Positions 1-7,839 of a stretch of 7,965 nucleotides of DNA are shown in pieces. The position numbers and the translations under genes are program-made. The notes beneath the pieces were generated by a model. The model saw nothing but the letters and a program-made list of their open reading frames with translations, ran no database searches and was not told the DNA's origin. The DNA is from Octopus sinensis. Taxonomy: Eukaryota. Position 1 is the first letter of the stretch. Each line of letters begins with the position of its first letter. Location: the NCBI RefSeq assembly GCF_006345805.1, contig NW_021828600.1, positions 1-7,965 of the forward strand, given 5' to 3'.

Positions 1-120
1 ATATATATATATATATATACTATATATATATATAGATATTAAATACATACATATATATATGCATATATATACATACATATATAATACACCTATATATATG
101 GATATAATTTTAGATGTATA

Positions 121-157
<37 letters not shown>

Positions 158-165
158 ATGACACA
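1..165. repeat. Degenerate (TA)n microsatellite, runs off the window start
   Basis: Interrupted TA dinucleotide run read directly from the sequence. Confidence 0.95.
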
Positions 166-170
166 TATCC

Positions 171-577
171 TTTTACATTTTCTTTTACTTGTTTCAGTCA
201 TTTGACTGAAGCCATGCTGGAGCACCGCCTTTAGTCGAGCAAATCAACCCCATGACTTATTCTTGTAAGCTAGTACTTACACTATCGGTCTTTGGCCGAA
301 CCGTTAAGTTACGGGGATGTAACACAACAGCATCGGTTGTCAAGCGATATTGGGGAACAAATAGAGATACACAAACATATAAACACACACACACATACAC
401 ACATATATATATATACATATACGATAGGCTTCTTCTAGTTTCCATCTACCAAATCCACTCACAAGTATTTGGGCAGCCGAGACTATAGTAGAAGAACTTG
501 CTAAGGTGCCACGCAGCGGGACTGATCCCAGGACCATGTGGTGGTAAGCAAGCTACTACCACACAGCTACTCCTGCA
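171..577 (-). mobile_element. tRNA-derived SINE, family A (CORE-like), near full length, copy A1
   Basis: Minus strand reads tgcaggagtagctgtgtggtag... (tRNA-like head), then a degenerate B box (gggatcagtccc), a CORE-like ggcaccttagcaag, an internal CA/TA microsatellite (~362-421), and the tail ...ccagcatggcttcagtcaaatgactgaaacaagtaaaaga. Colinear with 7144-7530 (same strand) and 5577-5923 (opposite strand). Confidence 0.9.
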
Positions 578-736
578 TATATATATTATATATATATTAT
601 ATATATATATATATGATATATCTACAAGTATATATAAATATACATGATACATGAGTATATATATGTGTATGTATATATATATCTATATTAAGATATATTG
701 GTGTGTGTGGTGTGTGTGTGTGTGTGGTGGTGTTGT
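578..736. repeat. Compound degenerate (TA)n / (GT)n microsatellite
   Basis: TA-rich to ~690, GT/GGT-rich at 700-736. Confidence 0.9.
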
Positions 737-764
737 TGTATACATCTATTTTAGTGTGCCATTG

Positions 765-980
765 TATTTCCCCACCACCACCACCACTACGTGACAATCG
801 GGTTTGGGTCTTTACATCCCTTTAACTGAGTGCTTCGGCTTAAGATACCGATAGAATAAGTTGCAGGCTTGAAATAAAAGTCGAGTACTCCGGTCGATTT
901 GTTGGACTAAATGTTTTCTAAGGTGATACCCCAGCATGGCAACAGTCCAATGACTGAAACCAATAACAAATGAAAGAAGA
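765..980 (+). mobile_element. Diverged 3' half of a family-A-related SINE (copy A2), head absent in the window
   Basis: tgacaatcgg...tttacatccc...taactgag...ttcgg...ccgatagaataag...ggtcgatttgttggactaa...ccagcatggcaacagtccaatgactgaaac aligns by eye to the 3' halves of the other A copies. It has an extra ~9 nt (atgttttct) after gactaa, suggesting a different or older subfamily. Confidence 0.8.
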
Positions 981-1240
981 TATGCTTTATTAAACACACA
1001 GATACGTTCAGGTTTTATTTTATTTTTCTTTCAATTAGTGTATAGAAAAAAAAAAACAACATTCAAATCAATTCTTAAAAATTGAGTCTGTGAAAGTCTA
1101 GAGACGCTGCATATGGATTTTGGAATTTTATTGTTCGAAACCAACTGTAAAACGTTAACAAGAAAATATGAAAAATAAAGAAGGTAACTTGGAAACATAG
1201 TCATATTTCAATGTAGCATGCATAAAAGAAAAGTTGTTTT

Positions 1241-1435
1241 ATATATACGAACATATACACACACGCCTAATACACATACACATATATAAACATAGATTCA
1301 TGGAGAGAGGGAAATAGAAATAGTGTGAGTCAAAGATATGTTTGTATATGTCGGTGTGAGAGTGTAAATATGTGCGTATATGTAGAGATATAGGCGTTTT
1401 TGTATGTGTATATATATATGTGTGTGTGTGCATGC

Positions 1436-1469
<34 letters not shown>

Positions 1470-1570
1470 TTGTATATATATGCATGTATATATATGTATG
1501 TATATATATATACATACGCACATATACATATACATATATACACATACACACACACACACACACGCATATA
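1241..1570. repeat. Mixed TA/TG/CA low-complexity dinucleotide region
   Basis: Alternating purine-pyrimidine runs; the source of several spurious Y/I/H/T/C/V/M-rich ORFs. Confidence 0.9.
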
Positions 1571-1571
1571 T

Positions 1572-1920
1572 GTGGTTAGGGCAGCGGACTCGCGGTCACA
1601 GGATCGCGGTTTCGATTCCCAGTCCGGGCAATGTGAGAGTCTATTGAGCTCCAGCAGAGGGTGGTGGCGAACCCTGCAGTACTGTTTCACCACAACTTTC
1701 TCTCACTCTTTCTTTCTGTTGTACCTGTATTTCAAAGGGGCCAGCCTTGTCACACCCTGTGTCACGCAAAATCTCCCCGAGAATTACGGTCGGGGTACAC
1801 GTGTGTGTCTAGGGGGGGGGGTGCTCAGCCACTTGCACGTTAATTTCACAAGCAGACTGTTCTGTTGATCGGATCAACTGGAATCCTCGTCGTGGTAAGC
1901 AGTGGTGTGTCACGACGACG
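1572..1920 (+). mobile_element. tRNA-derived SINE, family B head/body with 3' tail type 1; 5' end eroded
   Basis: A-box remnant gtggttag (1572-1579) and B-box-like gtttcgattcc (1609-1619). Shares 17 identical nt (1581-1597 vs 4915-4931 revcomp) and 23 identical nt (1690-1712 vs 4778-4800 revcomp) with the minus-strand copy. Ends in two stem-loops and a short cga repeat before (TA)n. Confidence 0.88.
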
Positions 1921-1986
1921 ATATATATATATATATATATACATAAATATGTGTGTGTGTGTATATATATATACATATATACATAC
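1921..1986. repeat. (TA)n/(TG)n microsatellite
   Basis: Read directly. Confidence 0.9.
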
Positions 1987-2066
<80 letters not shown>

Positions 2067-2071
2067 CGATT

Positions 2072-2169
<98 letters not shown>

Positions 2170-2177
2170 CAGACAGA
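1987..2177 (+). repeat. (AGAT)n tetranucleotide array, ~45 units, ending in AGAC variants
   Basis: Nearly pure AGAT with one interruption (gatcgattgat, ~2064-2074). Confidence 0.98.
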
Positions 2178-4067
2178 AAGATATACACATACAAATATCT
2201 GCGTCACAATGTATAGCAATCTTTCTAAACGTCTCACATCGGAAATTAAATATATTCCTGTATGAAGTATAGCTGAAAAAAGAACGAAAAAAAAAATCTG
2301 CGATATTTTGCACAGATATTAATTTTGCGTTTATACTAATTTTTATTGTCAAACCAAATATTGAAATTTGATATTAAATCTTCAAAATCTATTGCCAGAA
2401 ATACTGTATTGAAATGTATAAATTGTTTTATTCACTGCGCCGTATCACTATTTTGACTAGGAGGAAAACAATATTGTGCTTCTTTTTAAGTGTAAATAGG
2501 AATATGTGAGTTTCATTTATTTCCCAAGACTATTGAAATGAAATGGTTTAAACTCCGCAATCTAAAGTATATCAGCACCGATGAATTATATCTTACTTTA
2601 TAGCGCTCCCATATGCGTTATTGCTAATATTGATTTTTTCTAACTAGGCACGGAGCCAAGATTTTGTAAACGAGGTAGATATAGAAGAATTTATACATCG
2701 TTATCGTTTTAAATATTTTTGGCAATTTATATGTCGGAGGAATGTAAAGACGATCCCCCATTATATATGTACTCAGGTCCGTGAGGAAAATTAGTGAATA
2801 CTAAATATGTTTTTATACCGACAATCTACCCTCACACTTTGATTGCACAAATATTGGTGGAAGTAATCGTAAGATATCAGCTACACAAAAATAAATTTCT
2901 TTCATCTCCTCAGTAGCCACTAGTACAACACTGAAACTCTAAATAGCACATCAGTAGTTTCAAGACTTTAAGAACTTTTTAATGGATCAAAGCTGTCACG
3001 TATTTGGCGTGAATAGATTCAATAGAGGGTATTCTTACAAACTTCATTATATTCTCGAGCTGAAATATTTCTAAAACTATATTTACGGTACTCTGTTTAG
3101 CACTTAGACTAGATTTCACTACATACGAACGAACAATACAACAAATTTAAGTCGATGAAATACTGCAGAGAGAGGGTATATCCCCATCCAGTGTTCATGC
3201 TGATTAGTATGTTGGCATCGTAGACTCAACTCAACCCAAACAGACGTCTAAAATAACTTACGTACACAAACAATATCATTATTCGAGGTCACTATACACG
3301 GTGTTTTTTTGTTTTTTTTCTCTAAAATGACTTTTAATTACAAGACTTTAGAAATTCACGTATATTCACATGCGCGTATCTGTGAATGTTTGCATGGAGG
3401 GGTGCATTTATTTACCTATGATTTTGACTGAAAGGCACTTTACATTCTTTGCTCTTAGAGTTTTTAAGTAATAGTTTCAATTTTCGCTTTATATCGAATA
3501 TCCTTGTATTCGAATATGCATATTTGCCTCATATTCTATTTTTCTTGTTCTTCGCCACAATTCGTCTTAATAACAATGATCAGTCGAAAGACTAGTCTTT
3601 GCGTTAACAGTCCATGTCTAGAAATGTTCTCATTTTTCTTCTTGTTTTGAATCCGATCGTCAGTACTCCAGCAGTTTCTATGTTGCTGACACTGCCAAAT
3701 TCAGCAGTAAGTGTCGAAATTGTGATGATATTCGGTCGATAACTCGCAAACGGTAGAGAATGTTTGCTCCACTTAAGTTATATTTCTTTTTTGTTCTTTG
3801 TGATTTGTTTTCCTCTTAATTATTTTCATCTCCTCATAATGCCCCCTCTCTTACTTCATAGACAGACACACACATACATATAATTTGTGAGCGCGTGCGA
3901 GTGTATGTATGTTTGTTTGTTCCCCTTGATGTATATCACTGAAAATAATGCAAGTTACATTCGCACAAAACCTACTTATAAAGATTGAATCTGAATATTA
4001 AAGACTCTCACTTGGTTATCAATTTATCTCAGTCAAGCGGGGCTTAAGGCAGTGTGTGAATTTATAT

Positions 4068-4072
<5 letters not shown>

Positions 4073-4158
<86 letters not shown>
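4073..4158. repeat. Compound (CA)25(TA)18 microsatellite
   Basis: Pure CA 4073-4122 followed by pure TA 4123-4158. Confidence 0.98.
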
Positions 4159-4163
<5 letters not shown>

Positions 4164-4608
4164 AGTAAATATTCAAAATGAATACTCATAAAAATGTTGT
4201 TATTATTATTATTATCATTAGCGGCAAATCAAAATAATTGATAATAACAATAACATTAGTGGCAGCAAGCATTAGACAGCTATACAAATAAATTCTTAAT
4301 TATATAAGAGGGTACAGGAAGCACCAGCTTGCTCGAGAGAGGAAGTAAAAACCCCTCAACTTACTCACTAATCTCACTGAAAATATGTAACGGACCAACA
4401 GAAATCGGGAAATGAGTGGAATATAACATATTTTCTCAGCTAAAAAGCCATTGAATAAGGTAATAGATATACCTGGATCATGATTTCAAATTCTAGCTAG
4501 ATCCTTAATTCTCTTCAGTAGGTCTGGCTGTACCTAAAATGAAAAGTTCATTTCGCCTCTTAGTAATCCTTTACGCCTTGAATAGTCCCGTGCCAAATTC
4601 AAAACATA

Positions 4609-4654
4609 TGTGTGTGTGTGTGTGTGTATGTAAGTATGTATGTATGTATGTATG
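4609..4654. repeat. (TG)9 + (TATG)n microsatellite
   Basis: Read directly; abuts the SINE tail. Confidence 0.95.
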
Positions 4655-4892
4655 TTGTTTGTTCCTTCTCGAGCTACACCTGGCTCATAAGGGCTGGTTT
4701 CCCGGTTCCTTTGGCGTATAGGTTCCCCACCTGGACGGGACGCCGGTCCGTCGCAAGTGAGCTGCAAGATGCAGGAGGAAAGAGTGAGAGAAAGTTGTGG
4801 CAAAAGTGTCAGCAGAAGTTCGCCAATACTTTCTGCCGGAGCCGCGTGCAGCTTAGATGTTTCGCTCATAAACACACACATCGCTCGGTCTG

Positions 4893-4903
4893 AGATTCGA
4901 ACC
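4893..4903 (-). promoter_or_regulatory. Pol III B box of the SINE
   Basis: Minus strand GGTTCGAATCT vs consensus GGTTCGANNCC, at tRNA-like spacing from the A box. Confidence 0.75.
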
Positions 4904-4936
4904 TGCGATACCTCGACCGCGAGTCCGCTGCTCTAA

Positions 4937-4947
4937 CCACTAGGTCA
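4937..4947 (-). promoter_or_regulatory. Pol III A box of the SINE
   Basis: Minus strand TGACCTAGTGG vs consensus TRGCNNAGYGG. Confidence 0.7.
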
Positions 4948-5062
4948 TGTGCCTCCACATATATGTATGTATGTATATACAATACGGAGCAAATAACTCA
5001 CGAGAAAAATATTCAAGAAAATATAAATCCTTCAGCTATATGTATATACATTTATATACATA

Positions 5063-5574
5063 CTAGCAGTATCGCCCGGCGTTGCTCCTGTTTGTAAGGG
5101 AAATAACTATAAAAGCATTTTTAGAGAGTTATTTCTCCTTATAGATGCCAATTCGGGCTTTCTTAGCCATTTCTGTTTTGGTGTCTTCAAGCCATGAAGT
5201 CGTTGTTCTAAAAGAACGCTGGTCTCCTTGACAACGCTTTACGACGTTGATTTCCTTACACTCCCTTCCCACAGCTTCACGAGGGAGGGAAGAAGGGGGA
5301 GAAGCAAACAGGTGCAGGTGTGACCATGGGACGCCAACTCCGCCGCCATCGACACACGAAAAATTATGCATTAAAATGGAATAAAAAATGATGTTAAAGT
5401 TTTTTAAAATCGTAGACTCATCGTAGACGCGCGCTAATATCAGACGGGCTCGATATGAATCATGACTATAAGATACCCGAATTTAGTTAAACTGCACCGC
5501 AAAATGTGGGAGTAGTTAGGAATCTAAATCGAAGGGGACAGACACTCACACAACTACAGTTTTATATATATAGA
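5063..5574 (-). mobile_element. Non-autonomous Helitron (rolling-circle element), 512 bp
   Basis: Minus strand begins A|TCTATATATATAAAACTG and ends ...caggagcaacgccgggcgatactgCTAG|T. It has a 5' TC, a 3' CTAG, insertion between A and T with no TSD, and a decayed GC-rich hairpin ending 12 nt from the 3' end. No Rep/Hel coding. Confidence 0.82.
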
Positions 5575-5576
5575 TA

Positions 5577-5923
5577 GGCGTGGCTGTGTGATAAGGAACT
5601 TACTTCCCAAACACATTGTTCCAGATTCAGTCCCACTGCATGGCACCTCGGGTAAGTGTCTCCCATTATAGCCTCCGGCCAACCAAGGCCTTGTTAGGGG
5701 ATTTGGTATATATGGCTATGTATATTGTTTTTGTGTATCTGTGTCTGTTCCCCCTCCATCGCTTGACAGCCGATGTTAGTGTGTTTACGTCCCCGTAACT
5801 TAGCAATTCGGTAAAAGAGGCCTATAGAATAAGGCTTACAAAGAATAAGTCCTAGAGTCGCTGTGTTCGACTAAAGGCGGTACTCCAGCATGGTCGCACT
5901 CAAAAACCCTGAAACAACTAAAA
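5577..5923 (+). mobile_element. tRNA-derived SINE family A, copy A3, with internal deletions
   Basis: ggcgtggctgtgtgataag...agattcagtcccactgcatggcacctcgggtaagtgtc...ccagcatggtcgcactc...gaaacaactaaaa. It is the reverse complement of A1/A4, but lacks the segment after atttggta (acggaaactgaa.. in A4) and a few nt after tagaataag. Confidence 0.9.
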
Positions 5924-5928
5924 TATGT

Positions 5929-5984
5929 GTATGTATGTATGTATGTATGTATGTATGTATGTATGTATGTATGTATGTATGTAT
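5929..5984 (+). repeat. (GTAT)14 microsatellite
   Basis: Pure tetranucleotide run. Confidence 0.97.
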
Positions 5985-6118
5985 ACATGTGTGTGTATTT
6001 GTATATATAATGAACGTATGTATCATCTGATTAATCATATTTATACTGTGGAAGGTGTTTATAAGCCATTTAAGAAACACACAAAAGCCGTTCGATTCAC
6101 TTCAACATTTAAGTTTAA

Positions 6119-6168
6119 TTTGTCAAAATATTTTCGCCGCTAAAATCCGCGACCTGTTCACTGACAAA
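6119..6168 (-). ncRNA. Putative minimal type I hammerhead ribozyme with G3-C8 core variant (PLE-type)
   Basis: Minus-strand RNA: UUUGUCA GUGAACA G GUCGC GGAUUUUA GCGGC GAAA AUAU U U UGACAAA. Stem I is 7 bp, stem II is 5 bp (one G-U), GAAA is intact, stem III is a loopless palindrome, and N17 = U. Confidence 0.65.
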
Positions 6169-6260
6169 AATCCAAGTTCCTGATAACTACTTCATAATAC
6201 CTTCCTCAAAGCATTAACAACCGTTTGTCTAATATTTTAATATGCATTATGTACATATTT

Positions 6261-6292
6261 GATAGTGGTTATAATGATGATAATGATGATGG

Positions 6293-6361
<69 letters not shown>

Positions 6362-6598
6362 GGATGATGATGATGTGATGATGATGATGATGGTGGTGGT
6401 GCTGGTGGTGCTGGTGGTGCTGGTGATGATGATGATGGTGGTGGTGGTGGTGATGATGATTGTAGTAGTGGTTGTAGTGGTGGTGGTTAACGGTGGTGTT
6501 AGTGGTATGATGGCCGTGGTAGTGGTAGTGGTAGTAGTAGTGGTGATGACGATGATGGTGTGCTGGTGGCAGTTGGTGTTTATAGTGTGTTGGTGGAG
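6261..6598 (+). repeat. Compound trinucleotide array (GAT)n > (GGT/GCT)n > (AGT/GGT)n
   Basis: Pure (GAT)22 at 6294-6359, then progressively different NNT units. Confidence 0.95.
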
Positions 6599-6826
6599 GT
6601 GAGAGTGTTTCGTCTTCTCCGTACGAAACTTATAATTTACGATCGTTACCGTCATTACATACTATCGACATCCATAAGTCGACAAATATCTATTAATACA
6701 ATCACACGTATTAATATCTGTGTAGATAGCATATTAAACATGCTTTTCAGTAATTCAACAAATGGGTCATATCAGCATGACTTTGGGATAGCCATAGATG
6801 TACTAAATAGGTTTAATAATTCAAAT

Positions 6827-6982
6827 ATATCTATGTATCTATATCTATCTATCTATCTATTATCTTATCTATCTATATCTATTATCTATCTATCATTATC
6901 TATCTATCTATCATCTTCTATCTACCTATCTATCTATCTATCTATCTATTATCTATCTATCTAGCTATCTATCTATCTATCG

Positions 6983-7034
<52 letters not shown>

Positions 7035-7038
7035 CTAC

Positions 7039-7103
<65 letters not shown>

Positions 7104-7136
7104 AATCTATCTATCTGTCTGTCTTTCTATCTATAT
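6827..7136 (+). repeat. (TATC)n tetranucleotide array, degenerate on the left and purer on the right
   Basis: Read directly; the same motif as 1987-2177 on the opposite strand. Confidence 0.97.
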
Positions 7137-7143
7137 TCATCTA

Positions 7144-7336
7144 TTCTTTTATTCTTTTACCTGCTTCAGTCATTTGACTGCGCCCATGCTGGAGAACCAC
7201 CTTTAGCCGAACAGATCGACCCCAGGATTTAATCTTTGTAAGCCTAGAACTTATTCTATCGGTGTCTTTTGTCGAACCGCTAGATTACAGGGACACGCCA
7301 ACATCGGTGTCAAACAATGGTGTGGGGACAAAAATA

Positions 7337-7373
<37 letters not shown>

Positions 7374-7530
7374 TTGACTTATTTCAGTTTCGTCTACCAA
7401 GTCCACTCACAGGGCTTTGGTCGGCCCAAAACTACAGTAGAAGACAATTGCTCAAGGTGCCACGCAGTGGGACTGAACCCGGAACCATGTGGTTGGGAAT
7501 GAAGCTTCTTACCACACATACACTCCTGCA
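7144..7530 (-). mobile_element. tRNA-derived SINE family A, copy A4, near full length
   Basis: Minus strand tgcaggagtgtatgtgtggtaag..., B-box-like gggttcagtccc (7469-7480), CORE-like ggcaccttgagcaa (7448-7461), internal (CA)16 at 7339-7370, and a tail ending in taaaagaa-type repeats. Colinear with A1. Confidence 0.92.
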
Positions 7531-7646
7531 TTTATATATATATATAATATCTTTTTTTTTGTGGCTGGGGAATCATTCTCTTTAATGCCTACTTAATTTA
7601 ACACACTCACCAGTCTTAATTTCCACTCATTTACATTCAAAAAACG

Positions 7647-7687
7647 ATATATATATATATATATATACATATATATATGCATATATA

Positions 7688-7763
<76 letters not shown>

Positions 7764-7818
7764 TATTATATATATATTATATTAATATATCATATATATA
7801 TATATATATATATATATA
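7647..7818. repeat. Compound (TA)n/(CA)n/(TA)n microsatellite
   Basis: Read directly. Confidence 0.95.
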
Positions 7819-7839
7819 CCACAATATACATTATATTGG

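Larger units (their letters stand above)
4654..4958 (-). mobile_element. tRNA-derived SINE, family B head/body with 3' tail type 2, apparently full length
   Basis: Minus strand: gtggaggcacatgacctagtggttagagcagcggactcgcggtc...ggttcgaatctcag (tRNA-like head with A and B boxes). The body is shared with 1572-1712. The tail is gcgacggaccggcgtcccgtccaggtgggg...gagaaggaacaaacaaca. Confidence 0.9.

Noticed and set aside
1987-2177. CRISPR-like or satellite array
   Set aside because: A pure tetranucleotide microsatellite without spacers, in a eukaryotic context.
252-2352. ORFs in the 252-2352 region (I/Y/H/T/C/V/M-rich and LSIY repeats)
   Set aside because: They are translations of TA/CA/TG and AGAT microsatellites and SINE sequence, with no domain-like content.
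3217-3228. 12-nt match atcgtagactca to 5409-5420
   Set aside because: A 12-mer match is expected by chance in an 8-kb window, and the flanks do not extend.
3364-3387. 7-bp hairpins attcaca/tgtgaat (and gtttcgt/acgaaac at 6607-6629)
   Set aside because: Short isolated stems are expected by chance, and neither has a ribozyme core or terminator context.
3570-3608. Third hammerhead (augauca-guc-gaaa + palindrome)
   Set aside because: Stem II is essentially absent, A3-C8 cannot pair, and stem I is only ~2 bp.
4534-4893. ORFs overlapping the minus-strand SINE
   Set aside because: They lie in SINE and microsatellite sequence.
4880-4958. Functional tRNA gene
   Set aside because: The anticodon and acceptor stems do not pair properly, and the sequence continues into a SINE body shared with another copy.
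5129-5371. 80-aa ORF inside the Helitron as a captured gene fragment
   Set aside because: No recognisable motif and no Rep or helicase signature; its length is compatible with chance.
6225-6964. Poly-Asp/Val, poly-Thr/Ser and YLSI ORFs
   Set aside because: They arise from stop-free trinucleotide and tetranucleotide arrays; there is no splice or homology support.
7561-7646. Short unique segment between TA runs, possibly another repeat fragment
   Set aside because: No second copy in the window and no diagnostic termini; it cannot be supported without a library search.
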